Program-made: the position numbers and the translations under genes
DNA from: Candidatus Latescibacterota bacterium
GTDB taxonomy: Bacteria > Latescibacterota > UBA2968 > UBA8231
DNA: 64,000 nucleotides
Reading direction: 5' to 3'
Assembly (NCBI GenBank): GCA_965243025.1
Contig: CBDETY010000003.1
Span: 1,856,001-1,920,000, forward strand
The notes under the pieces: generated by a model
Told to the model about the DNA's origin: nothing
Databases searched by the model: none
What the model saw: only the letters and a program-made list of their open reading frames with translations
Part shown: positions 1 to 9,489 of the stretch, one piece after another
Layout: each line of letters begins with the position of its first letter
Position numbering within the stretch: the first letter of the stretch is position 1

Positions 1-1863
1 GTTGATGAGTCGGGCGTACAGAGCTCCCTCTTCTGCCTTCATCGAGTCCCTCGCCAGCACCTCACCGAACAGCTTGCGGAAGAAGTGGTCGATGCTGCCC
101 GAGTCCGGATCGCCGTTGGCCAGCAGCCAGAGCCGCACCCTCTCCCAGTGCTCGATCCGGTTTTCTCCGATACGGCGGACGATCTCCTCGGCAAGGCCCT
201 CGGCCGACCGCAGCCTGCCTGCCGCCTGGTCGAAGAAATGGCGCGCCGCAAGGGCCGCCCGGACCGGGTCCAGACCGGTAACCATGGCCATGGCCTCGGC
301 CACGTCGTACGGGTGGGGACGGCACTCCCATTCGGGATGGGCAAGGGCGGCCAGGGTCAGACACGCGCGCACTTCAGGCTCCTCGCGCAGACTCCCGTAA
401 CGGCGCACGACGACGAACGGAATGCCCCTCTCTGCGAGGGCCTCGGACATCAGGAAGCGCAGCACTCCGTCGGCGTGGGGCGCAATCGCGGCGATGTCGC
501 CGGGGTTCACCCCCGACTTTACGAGACCGGAAATGCCCTCCACCACTTCCTCGATCATCCGGGAACGGTAGTGGGTGAAAATCCGTCCGGCGACAGCCTC
601 TCCTGCTTCCGGGGTGGAGAAGCGGGACTCCGCACCGAGCTCGGCGCAGACCGCCTCCCCCAGCTGGAGAATCGCGTCCGGCCGTGGCTGCGGTGGAGGC
701 CCCATGCACAGGCCGGCGCTGGAGGCCAGCCTGCACGCGCCACCCGGGTCGACCCCCATGAACACCCTGTACCCCCCCTCGTCATCGCACAGCAGGAGGG
801 AGGAATCACAGTTGGCGAGAAGCCCCTCGATCAGGTCCTGTGCCACCGGCACCGTCTCTTCGAGCTGGTCGACCGCCAGGTGGCGGTAGCGGCCCAGCGG
901 CTCTGTGTGGGGGCCGAGCCCGGAGCGGACGAAAAAGCGGTCGAACAACTCCACGGCCAGGGAAAAATCGACGAGTCCGTGCTCGAGGCAGTGGGCACGG
1001 AAGCGGTCGATGCACTCCTGGGCCTGCTGGAAATAGACTTGATGGCCAGCCTCCCCTGCCCACGCTTCCTGCAGTCGCTCCCCCACCTCTTCCATTGGAT
1101 AGCCGTTTACCGCGGCCTTGTTGAGATTGTCGAGAAGTTGCGACAGAATCCTTTGGCGCCGCACCGGAAGCCCCTCGAAATACCCCCGGTCGAGCAACGG
1201 CCCGATCAGCTGGGACATCAGGTACTGGGCCGTCTCGAAGGTGAGCATCACCGGGAGCCGCGCCCCGGCCTCCCTGGAGAATCCAGCCGCTGGAGCCAGC
1301 TTCGGCCAGAACAGGCCGACGGTGCGGTTGGCCAGCCCCGAGTAGGTCTGAATCTCCACCGCCCCCCCGGGACCGGCGAGCAGCCCCAGTCGGTTCAGCT
1401 CGCGAAGGCAGCTCCGCCGGCGGCCGCGGTTGCCAACCAGCACCAGCACCGAGTACGGGGAGACCCCGCTTTCGATCAGGTGCCTGACCCGGGCGCAGAC
1501 GACCGCGGCTGTACGCCCCCCGAACGGGGCCGTGACTGCCGCGGTGAAATTGCCTTCGACCGGGCCGCCTGTGGCGCGCTCGAAGTCCTGCGGAAGAAAG
1601 CACCGAATCGGCGTTTCCCGCGCATCCTCCTGCGGGGCGGCCAGCGCTTCCGGCAGCAGGCCTGGCCCGCTGGAGGATTCCGGGGTTTGCCGGGGATCTC
1701 CGTCCGCAACCCGAAGCCCGTTATCGCTATTCGGCCTGCCCTTCATTCCTGGTGTCAGATTTCCTGCGCCTGCATCTGGACTCGGGTTTTCAGGAACCTC
1801 GTGCGGGAACCGGGCCTCCAGGGCAGCCTTCGTATACCGCTCGCGGCGCACCCCCTGGGGCAT
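1..1863 (-). CDS. UvrD/AddAB-like SF1 helicase-fold protein with degenerate Walker motifs (3' end runs off the window)
   Basis: Manual translation: ATG at 1863 with GGAAGG upstream, open frame to position 1. Contains RHLIESGVSPYSVLVLV, QTYSGLA, RYRHLAVDQLEE and GVNPGDIAAIAP, which resemble UvrD motifs Ia, Ib, II and the C-terminal IAIL region. Not in the ORF track, presumably because it has no stop in the window. Confidence 0.7.
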   Translation of the reverse strand, partial: MPQGVRRERYTKAALEARFPHEVPENPSPDAGAGNLTPGMKGRPNSDNGLRVADGDPRQTPESSSGPGLLPEALAAPQEDARETPIRCFLPQDFERATGGPVEGNFTAAVTAPFGGRTAAVVCARVRHLIESGVSPYSVLVLVGNRGRRRSCLRELNRLGLLAGPGGAVEIQTYSGLANRTVGLFWPKLAPAAGFSREAGARLPVMLTFETAQYLMSQLIGPLLDRGYFEGLPVRRQRILSQLLDNLNKAAVNGYPMEEVGERLQEAWAGEAGHQVYFQQAQECIDRFRAHCLEHGLVDFSLAVELFDRFFVRSGLGPHTEPLGRYRHLAVDQLEETVPVAQDLIEGLLANCDSSLLLCDDEGGYRVFMGVDPGGACRLASSAGLCMGPPPQPRPDAILQLGEAVCAELGAESRFSTPEAGEAVAGRIFTHYRSRMIEEVVEGISGLVKSGVNPGDIAAIAPHADGVLRFLMSEALAERGIPFVVVRRYGSLREEPEVRACLTLAALAHPEWECRPHPYDVAEAMAMVTGLDPVRAALAARHFFDQAAGRLRSAEGLAEEIVRRIGENRIEHWERVRLWLLANGDPDSGSIDHFFRKLFGEVLARDSMKAEEGALYARLIN

Positions 1864-1950
1864 CTGGCCTTCCCGAGCCCACGCAGCGGGGATCGGGCTT
1901 GCCGGAAGCCGAAGGGCGCCCCGGGCCCGGTCTGCGGCGGGGATGGTTGG

Positions 1951-3240
1951 CTACTGCAACCCGTCGGCGTTCTCGGCCACCTTGCGGAAGGCGTCTGCGT
2001 ACTGGTCGATGACCCGGGGCTCGTAGCGCTTGAACCAGGGAATCGAATAGCAGCGCCCCTCGATCGATTCCGTAATCGGCAGGCTGCCGGCCGGTTGCCT
2101 GAGGTCCCGTTCACTGTGGGCGATCCGCGTCGGCTTCCCGTGACCGTAGATGTCGGCTTCGTTAAGCACCGGGTGGAGATGCATCGCCGGCACCCCCGCC
2201 CCGGGCCGGACCTGAAAGCCGCCGGCAGAGATCTCGGCGTTCACGGCTTCGCAGAAGCGGAGAAGCGGCAGCCCCTTCAGTTCATCCGCCCGGTACAGTC
2301 CCCGCGCCGAGTAAAAGCCACCCATGACGCTGCCGCTGTCCCGCGGGGGCAAATGCGGACGCAGCCCCCGAACCCCCTCCAGCCGGTCCCAGAAGTGGTA
2401 CATCGCCTTGCGTATCTCCTCCAGCCGGCCTCGGTATCGGCGCAGCTGAACGCGTCCGACCGCGGACGAGAGCTGGTGGATCCGGTGCTTGCAGCCGCCA
2501 AGGGGATACCCGGCGAACCGGGCAAGCTCCGGATCGGAAAGGGTGCGGGAACGGGCGTAATGGCCAAAGGCCAGGGCGCGGTTGAAGATCTTCTCCTGAG
2601 CGGTGACCAGGAATCCTCCCTCGCCCGAAACCAGGGACTTCCCGGACATGATCGACATCGCCCCGACGTCGCCGATGGTTCCGAGCAGCCTGCCCTTGTA
2701 CTCCCCCCCCTGGGCGTGCGACACGTCCTCGATGACCTTGAGCCCGTGCTTTGCAGCGATCCCCATGATCGCATCCATTTCGCTGGGGTAGCTGCTGAGG
2801 TGAACGGCGACGATTGCCCGCGTGCGTGGGGTGATCCGGTGTTCGATGTCGGCAGGATCGATGGTCAGGGTCTGAGGATCGACCTCGGCGAAGACGACGG
2901 TGGCTCCAAGTGAAAAGACCTGCAGCACCGATCCCCAGTAGGTCAGGCTCTGGCATATCACCTCGTCGCCAACCCCCACCCCGCAGCCGTACAGGGCCCC
3001 CTGGATCGCCGCGGTTCCGGTGTTGTGGCAGAGGACATGGGGGAGGCCGAACCACTCCCCCAGCTCCTTCTCGAACTCCAGGGTGACGTCGAAGTCGGAC
3101 ATGGCGCCGCGGCGGAGGACGTCGAGAACCGCTTCCTCGTCCTCCCCCGTGATGACCGGCCACCGGAACAGGTCGCCGGGGTCTCCGGCAAGGGCGGGTT
3201 CTCCACCGAAAAGAGCGAGGTCGCTACGGCTTGCGCTCAT
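1951..3240 (-). CDS. DegT/DnrJ/EryC1/StrS family PLP-dependent aminotransferase
   Basis: NTGTAA, GVGVGDEVI, IEDVSHAQG, PLP-lysine motif SIMSGKSLVSGEGG. Confidence 0.92.
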   Translation of the reverse strand: MSASRSDLALFGGEPALAGDPGDLFRWPVITGEDEEAVLDVLRRGAMSDFDVTLEFEKELGEWFGLPHVLCHNTGTAAIQGALYGCGVGVGDEVICQSLTYWGSVLQVFSLGATVVFAEVDPQTLTIDPADIEHRITPRTRAIVAVHLSSYPSEMDAIMGIAAKHGLKVIEDVSHAQGGEYKGRLLGTIGDVGAMSIMSGKSLVSGEGGFLVTAQEKIFNRALAFGHYARSRTLSDPELARFAGYPLGGCKHRIHQLSSAVGRVQLRRYRGRLEEIRKAMYHFWDRLEGVRGLRPHLPPRDSGSVMGGFYSARGLYRADELKGLPLLRFCEAVNAEISAGGFQVRPGAGVPAMHLHPVLNEADIYGHGKPTRIAHSERDLRQPAGSLPITESIEGRCYSIPWFKRYEPRVIDQYADAFRKVAENADGLQ

Positions 3241-4206
3241 TCAGGAGCCGGCGGCGAGCCGCTTCTCCAGCTGCCGGTCCGTGGGCATGCGGTCATACTC
3301 CCAGACATGCATGACCACCCCGTCTTCGATCCAGGCAAGGCGCGGCCAGCCGTGGCCCGCGGTGAGCCGCATCCAGTCCGAAGACGAGATCGTCGCTATG
3401 TCGAAGCGGGGCCTCATCTGTCCTACGAACTCCTTGAGCTCGGGCGAGTCCTGGGCGTATTCGTTGAGGCCGATGAGACGCGGAAACCGGCCGGAGGCCG
3501 CCCAGCGGTTGAGCTTGGGCACCGCCTTCTTACAGCGTGAACATTTCGGGTTGAACAGCTCAATGAGATAGCTTCCCGAACCCAGGTCGACGTCGACTCC
3601 CTTGAGCTCCAGTCCCTGCAGGGCCATTCCCGGCTTCAGGTCGGAACCTGCGAGCCGGTCGGCCTGGGGATAGAAGCGCATTCCGGTGACGGCCAGGGCG
3701 ACGAGGGTCCCGACGCCGGCGATAACCGGGGCGCGGGCAAGTCCGGGGCGCGGCCATCGCAGGTTCCCCCGCCACCACCCGAGCAGCAGCAGCCCCAGCA
3801 TCACTGTGTCCTCGGCCGCGGCCTGGCCGGGAGAGCGCTCCGCCAAAGCGCCGAAGCATCCGCAATCGACGTTGGCTCCGGTCCGCCAGGCGTAAAAGGT
3901 CAGCCCCAGGAAAATGGCCATCAGTCCCACCGCCACCGGATAGACAAACCGCTGCTTCCAGTTGAGCAGCAGCGCCAGTCCGACCGCGACCTCGACCGGG
4001 GCCAGGTAGATGGCCAGGGAGCCGAGATTGTGCCAGGCCTGGCGGTCTACGGCGAGCATATCGAGATAGGAGACCACCTCCCAGTAGAAGATGACGGGGT
4101 CCCAGGATTTGGCGGCGCCGGCGGTGAGGAACACCAGTCCCATCGCCAGCCGCGCCAGCCCGGCGAACTTGGAGAGCAGTGAAGCCTCGAGAGGAACCGT
4201 CGTCAT
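3241..4206 (-). CDS. DoxX/MauE family membrane protein fused to a thioredoxin-like domain
   Basis: TM helices with AGAAK and DCGCFG; C-terminal FNPKCSRC (CxxC) and WPRL (cis-Pro position). Start at 4206 is my choice and is uncertain. Confidence 0.8.
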   Translation of the reverse strand: MTTVPLEASLLSKFAGLARLAMGLVFLTAGAAKSWDPVIFYWEVVSYLDMLAVDRQAWHNLGSLAIYLAPVEVAVGLALLLNWKQRFVYPVAVGLMAIFLGLTFYAWRTGANVDCGCFGALAERSPGQAAAEDTVMLGLLLLGWWRGNLRWPRPGLARAPVIAGVGTLVALAVTGMRFYPQADRLAGSDLKPGMALQGLELKGVDVDLGSGSYLIELFNPKCSRCKKAVPKLNRWAASGRFPRLIGLNEYAQDSPELKEFVGQMRPRFDIATISSSDWMRLTAGHGWPRLAWIEDGVVMHVWEYDRMPTDRQLEKRLAAGS

Positions 4207-4714
4207 TTCACCCCTGCCCTGTAAGCGGGTGGTCATGGCATTTTCGTTCCCTGAAGGAGACGGGATGAAGGGGGAGAGTCCCGAAGGTCCGGTCCACTCC
4301 TCCACATCCCCAACCTAAAGAAAAAAAGCAGCCCGGACTAAAACCCGGAGAATGGCGCGCATGGAGCGGAGGGCCGCCGTCGCCCGGGGAATCCCGGCGG
4401 CCAGGGCTGTCATTCCCGGCGAGGCAGGCGCAAGCAGGTCTCGGGAAAGAACCCCTTCACTGAGGAAGGTCCCTTGCCCTGGGAAATCGAGGCTGCGAAC
4501 GGGAGCCCTTCTGGAAACACCGGGGTGAAGGATCCCCCGGCGATCCCCAACCTCGCCCCGGCGGCAAACCGCGCAGCCCACCGGTCCTGCGGGCCCCGCG
4601 TCCTCGTTCGGGTGGGGTGTTGCCACGGGTCGGAGCTATCCGCTCCTGACAGATCAGGCGGTTGCCGTCGGTGCTGGTGGGTTTCGGGTGGAGCCGCGTA
4701 CCGCGGCGAGGCTG

Positions 4715-5503
4715 TCAGCGGCGGCCGGTCTCTCGCCGGGGTTTGCGGCCGTAGGTGATCGGTTCCCCTGGCAGGTCCCTCGATGCATCCCGGTCCGGCT
4801 CACTGGCGGCTTCCTGGAACTCCCTTCCGGAGACCCTGTCGGCAGCCTCGGATTCGGCCGGGGGTCCGGATTCCCCGGACCGGCGCCCACCCGGCCTGGA
4901 GCCTTCGTCGCCGCGGTTGACCGGAGCAGCGTCGAGTCCGCTCACTTCCCCCACGAACTCCGCCGGTATTTCCCGGGAAAGAATCACTTCGCCCCGGGCG
5001 TAAAACTCGATCCCGCCTTCTTCGAATGCCCGCTTCGCTTCGATTTCGACGACACACGGCTCCCCGGGTTCGTGACTGCGCGCCTCGGCGACCTCCCTGG
5101 TCATGCTCAAATGGAGGTAGGAGCGGTCGACTGGACGAAGTCCTTCCTCAGGCACCTTGCGGCCTGCCTTGACAGTCGTCCCCATGAACAGCTTTTCCGG
5201 CGGGTCGATGGGGTCGTCGTCGATCTCCAGGTAGAAACTGTGGCCATACAGGGCCCGGATGTATTCCTCGACGATCTCGAACCGCTTGGGTTTCGAATCT
5301 TCAACAAGCCTGCGAATATCCTCCTCGCCCACTTCCGCATATCTCTGCTGCACGGCCTCGGTGACCTCTTCGAGGGGAATGTACCCGTATTCGTCCATGT
5401 TGAGTCCGAATTCGTCCGGTCGGTGGCGCAGAATCAGGGACAGCAACTTCGAGATACGGCGCCGATCCACACCCCTCCTGGGTCTCTCTCTTTGCATCTC
5501 CAC
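4715..5503 (-). CDS. kptA: RNA 2'-phosphotransferase (Tpt1/KptA family)
   Basis: SKLLSLILRH, KRFE, IRALYGHS, EGLRPVDRSYLHLS. Confidence 0.88.
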   Translation of the reverse strand: MEMQRERPRRGVDRRRISKLLSLILRHRPDEFGLNMDEYGYIPLEEVTEAVQQRYAEVGEEDIRRLVEDSKPKRFEIVEEYIRALYGHSFYLEIDDDPIDPPEKLFMGTTVKAGRKVPEEGLRPVDRSYLHLSMTREVAEARSHEPGEPCVVEIEAKRAFEEGGIEFYARGEVILSREIPAEFVGEVSGLDAAPVNRGDEGSRPGGRRSGESGPPAESEAADRVSGREFQEAASEPDRDASRDLPGEPITYGRKPRRETGRR

Positions 5504-5531
5504 CTGTTTCCTTAGTGCGTTCGACAGTTAC

Positions 5532-5981
5532 CTATGACCACTGGCCGCGATAGGCATCGATTGCCCGGGCGATCTTCCCGTCGGACAACGCCAGGATCTG
5601 CGCCGCCAGCATGGCCGCATTCCGGGCGTTGTCGATTCCGACAGTGGCCACCGGAATCCCCGGAGGCATCTGCACGATCGAATAGAGCGAATCCAGACCA
5701 TTGAGGGCGCCCGATCCAACGGGGACGCCGATCACGGGAAGCGTGGTATGCGCCGCCAGGACGCCGGGAAGGGCCGCTGCCAATCCCGCCCCTGCGATCA
5801 GCACACGCAGTCCCCTTGCACGAGCCCCGCGGGCGTATTCGGCGGTGCGTTCCGGGTTTCGATGCGCGGAAGAAACCACCATCTCGTACTCGACGCCGAG
5901 TTCGCCCAGAAGGTCGGCCCCTTTCTGCATGGTGGGCTCATCCGATTTGCTCCCCATGACGATACCTACTTCGACAGCCAT
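5532..5981 (-). CDS. purE: N5-carboxyaminoimidazole ribonucleotide mutase
   Basis: [34 protein letters not shown]; GGAG RBS before ATG 5981. Confidence 0.96.
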   Translation of the reverse strand: MAVEVGIVMGSKSDEPTMQKGADLLGELGVEYEMVVSSAHRNPERTAEYARGARARGLRVLIAGAGLAAALPGVLAAHTTLPVIGVPVGSGALNGLDSLYSIVQMPPGIPVATVGIDNARNAAMLAAQILALSDGKIARAIDAYRGQWS

Positions 5982-6121
5982 TCGCTCCCCTCCCGGGTCC
6001 GATGCCGGTCCGCGGCGCACAGGGGTGTTTGGAACCACCGGAAATGGCCGCGCTTGACCTCACTTGTCCGGGCGCAAATGACAAAAGGGGTCAAATCCCT
6101 GTCAAGGGGGTTCGTTACCCC

Positions 6122-6142
6122 GGGGGCGGAACCACCGCCCCC
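6122..6142. terminator. GC-rich hairpin just downstream of ftsZ (possible terminator)
   Basis: GGGGGCGG-AACCA-CCGCCCCC 8-bp stem; no clear U-tract. Confidence 0.35.
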
Positions 6143-6157
6143 TCGAGAAAGGGGATG

Positions 6158-7300
6158 TCAGGCCGTTTTGTTGCGCAGAATGGCCGGGTAGTCGAAATCG
6201 CGATTCGTTTGACTATCCTCTTCGGCGCCCTCGCTCGAAGCCTGTGGAAATCCCCCGAACTCCGGCTGAATTGTCTCCAGGGTGCGTTGCGGCCCCCGGG
6301 GAACCTGCTTCTCTTCGAGGTTGTCGTAACGGCCCGCCCTTTTGTTGAGATAAAAACCGGTTGCAATGACGGTGACACGCATTTCATCCACAAGGTCCTC
6401 ATCGATTACCGTTCCGAAGATGATGTTGGCCTCATGTCCGGCGGATTCCTGGATTATCGAGGCAGCTTCATTAGCCTCGTAGAGAGTGAGGTTCGAGCTG
6501 GAGGTAATGTTGATCAGGGCTCCTCTGGCCCCCTCGATGGAGACGTCCTCGAGCAGGGGACTGCTGATCGCTTTCTTCGCCGCTTCGAGAGAGCGGTTCT
6601 CTCCCTTGTGCGAGCCGACCCCGATCATGGCGTCGCCCCCTTCGGTGATGACCGTCTTCACGTCGTTGAAATCGAGGTTTATCATGCCGGGAATGGTGAT
6701 GAGGTCGGAGATGCCCCGGGTGGCCTGCAACAGCACTTCGTCGGCGCGAAAAAACGCCTCGTCGAGCGAGGTTTCGCGCGAACAGATCGAAAGCAGGCGC
6801 TGGTTCTTTATCACTATCAACGTATCGACGTGCTCCTGCATCTCGGAGATCCCGACCCGCGCATTGCTCATGCGGTGCCTCCCCTCGAACTGGAACGGCT
6901 CCGTGACGATACCCACGGTCAATGCGCCCTGCTCCTTGGCGAGTTCGGCAACTACGGGAGCCGCCCCGGTTCCGGTTCCGCCTCCCATGCCGGCGGTTAT
7001 GAATACGAGATCCGTATCGCTGAGATGTTGGACGACCATGTCGCGGTCCTCTTCGATCGCCTGCCGTCCCGTCTCCGGTTTGGCGCCGGCGCCGAGTCCG
7101 CGAGTGATGGAGTCCCCGATGATGAGGCAGTGGTCGGCTTTCGAGACATCCAGATCCTGGCTGTCGGTGTTGATGGCGACGAATTCCACGCCGTGGACTC
7201 CCGCCTCAACCATGCGGTTGATGGCGTTGCCCCCCGCCCCTCCTACGCCTACCACCTTGATTTTCGCCTTCTGATCGAAATCGATGATCTTGAACGTCAT
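6158..7300 (-). CDS. ftsZ: Cell division GTPase FtsZ
   Basis: VGVGGAGGNA, GMGGGTGTGAAP, C-terminal DYPAILR; GGAGG RBS before ATG 7300. Confidence 0.98.
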   Translation of the reverse strand: MTFKIIDFDQKAKIKVVGVGGAGGNAINRMVEAGVHGVEFVAINTDSQDLDVSKADHCLIIGDSITRGLGAGAKPETGRQAIEEDRDMVVQHLSDTDLVFITAGMGGGTGTGAAPVVAELAKEQGALTVGIVTEPFQFEGRHRMSNARVGISEMQEHVDTLIVIKNQRLLSICSRETSLDEAFFRADEVLLQATRGISDLITIPGMINLDFNDVKTVITEGGDAMIGVGSHKGENRSLEAAKKAISSPLLEDVSIEGARGALINITSSSNLTLYEANEAASIIQESAGHEANIIFGTVIDEDLVDEMRVTVIATGFYLNKRAGRYDNLEEKQVPRGPQRTLETIQPEFGGFPQASSEGAEEDSQTNRDFDYPAILRNKTA

Positions 7301-7386
7301 TTCATCCTCCTTTGAAGGACTGTGAGGGAGGCTGTCGCTGGCGACTTCCCCCTTCGGTTGATTTTCCATTCTTCGATATTCGCCTT

Positions 7387-8625
7387 CTACAGAAACGTCG
7401 CTATCCAATTCTTCATGCGGCCGGCAGCTGCCCCGAACACTCCGGATCCCGTCCCTTCCGGGTGCTGGCTGAAACCACAGCTGTCGGCGTCGGCCGCCAT
7501 CAACACCAGCCCCAGCACGGCGGCATAGCAAGGGTTCGCAAGGCGCTCGCCGACGCCGGGAAACGCCGCGGGAACTCCCAGCCTCACCGGAATCCCGATC
7601 GACCGTTCGGCGAGCTCAACCGCTCCTTCAACGAGCGACCCTCCTCCAGTCAGCACGATTCCCGCGCCAAGGCGATCGCCGTACCCGCTGTCGTCGATCT
7701 CGCGCCGGACCATGGCGAAGATCTCTTTCATGCGCGCCTCGATGATGGTCGCGAGATCCCTTTTCGCTACCTCCACCGGTTTCCGTCCGCCCACTCCCTT
7801 CAGTTGGACGACGTCGTTCTTGTCGGCGCACTCCGCCAGAGCCATTCCGTAACGGCACTTCATGTCCTCCGCCAGGGGCCAACTGGTGCGCAGGCAGATC
7901 GCAATGTCGCTCGTGGCGTTCTGTCCCCCGACGCCGACCACCGAGGTACGCCGGACGGAACCATCGGAATGGATCGCAAGGTCGGTTGTACTGCCTCCAA
8001 TATCGACGACGCAGACCCCCACATCCTTCTCTTCCTGGCGCAATACCGCCCGGCTGGATGCCAACGGTTCGACGACGATGCCATCCACCTCCATCTCCGT
8101 TCGCTCGATGTTCCTGCTGATGTTTCGCACCGAGGTGGCGGCGCCCGTGACGATATGCACCGACGATTCCAGGCGAACCCCCGTCATACCGACGGGATCG
8201 CGGATGCCAGCCTGGTCGTCGATTGAGAATTCCTGAGGAAGCACGTGAAGCACCTCGCGGTCGAACGGAATCGCCACGGTCCTGGCAGCCTCCACGACCC
8301 GGTCTCGATCCTCTTGTGTGACTTCGGGCCCGCCGTCGCCCACGGCGATGGAGCCCCGGCTGTCGAAACCGCGAATGTGTTCACCCGAGATGCTTGCAAG
8401 CACTGCCTCGATTTCAATACCTGCCATCAATTCGGCCTGGTGCACGGCCCCCCTTACCGCCTGCACAGTCTTTTCCGCGTCGACGACAGCGCCCCTGCGC
8501 AAGCCATCGGAAGATCTGTGCCCGTACCCGATGATCTCGATGCCTTCCGCTCCGAGCTCCGCGATTGCAACGCAGATTTTCGTCGTCCCGAGATCCAGTC
8601 CAACCACCGTGTCCCCGCGGCGCAT
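7387..8625 (-). CDS. ftsA: Cell division protein FtsA
   Basis: GLDLGTTKIC, VDIGGSTTD, GIVLTGGGS, C-terminal amphipathic helix. Confidence 0.97.
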   Translation of the reverse strand: MRRGDTVVGLDLGTTKICVAIAELGAEGIEIIGYGHRSSDGLRRGAVVDAEKTVQAVRGAVHQAELMAGIEIEAVLASISGEHIRGFDSRGSIAVGDGGPEVTQEDRDRVVEAARTVAIPFDREVLHVLPQEFSIDDQAGIRDPVGMTGVRLESSVHIVTGAATSVRNISRNIERTEMEVDGIVVEPLASSRAVLRQEEKDVGVCVVDIGGSTTDLAIHSDGSVRRTSVVGVGGQNATSDIAICLRTSWPLAEDMKCRYGMALAECADKNDVVQLKGVGGRKPVEVAKRDLATIIEARMKEIFAMVRREIDDSGYGDRLGAGIVLTGGGSLVEGAVELAERSIGIPVRLGVPAAFPGVGERLANPCYAAVLGLVLMAADADSCGFSQHPEGTGSGVFGAAAGRMKNWIATFL

Positions 8626-8628
8626 CGC

Positions 8629-9489
8629 TCAACCTCCCCTCTGTCGACGGCCCCTGGCAGCCGAGACCAGACGCGACCCGACGACGACCTGACCCTCGTA
8701 ACGCAGGTCGACGTACGCGGGGGGGGAACTCCTCTTTCCGTAAATCCGATTCATCATTCCCTTCAGGAGCCCCATGTGCCTGGCGGCCTCGGTTGCGGGT
8801 ACCCTCACCTCGAGCCCGTCAGCCACCATCTGCAGTGCCAGTGCCCCGTCCGACAACGGCTCGATGGTGGAAATATTCCGGCTGAAGGCGCTGTCGCCGT
8901 GCACGGCTTCCGTCAGCCAACCCAGAACCGCGAAGAGAGAGGAATCGGGGATCACATCCCCCGACTGCAGCGAGTCCCAGCCGGGGCCTTCGCACCGGAT
9001 CACTGGAAGGTCGATATCGGCGATCCGCTCTCGCGGCAAGGGAGCGGGGGGCAGGACTATTCCCTCGGCATCCACTCCGAAGGGGTCACCGCCGGCGTCG
9101 AGCCAGGCCAGGCGCCGCCGCTCTTCGACGGCGATGTAGATGCGATCGGGAGGACGCACGTGAGCGTGCGCCCTTCGGACCCATGGCAGCTCCTCGAGCC
9201 TGCCGGCCAGGGAATCGAGGTCGACGGCGAAGATGTGGTCTCCCGCCCGCAGTCCGCTGGCGGCAAGAATGTCCGCTCCCGAGAGGGCGCTGAGTCCGCG
9301 GACCTCGAGCGCGGCGAGCGGCAAGCTCCTCGATTGGTAGAACTCGACGCCGACCCATGCCGCGGCGCTGGCGACGACCGCAGCGATGGCGGCGGTGAGC
9401 AGCCTGCGGCCGCGCCTGCGGCTCCCCTTGCGGTGCGGATAAACCTCCCCGGCTCTCACCATTCGCCGGGGCCGTGAGCGGAACGTCAC
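8629..9489 (-). CDS. ftsQ: Cell division protein FtsQ/DivIB
   Basis: Basic N-terminus, one TM, POTRA (LPWVRRAH...PDRIYIAVEER), YVDLRY; position in dcw cluster. Confidence 0.9.
   Translation of the reverse strand: MTFRSRPRRMVRAGEVYPHRKGSRRRGRRLLTAAIAAVVASAAAWVGVEFYQSRSLPLAALEVRGLSALSGADILAASGLRAGDHIFAVDLDSLAGRLEELPWVRRAHAHVRPPDRIYIAVEERRRLAWLDAGGDPFGVDAEGIVLPPAPLPRERIADIDLPVIRCEGPGWDSLQSGDVIPDSSLFAVLGWLTEAVHGDSAFSRNISTIEPLSDGALALQMVADGLEVRVPATEAARHMGLLKGMMNRIYGKRSSPPAYVDLRYEGQVVVGSRLVSAARGRRQRGG

Noticed and set aside
85-2913. 942-aa plus-strand ORF
   Set aside because: Codon-aligned antisense shadow of the DegT gene and the helicase-like gene; no recognisable motifs.
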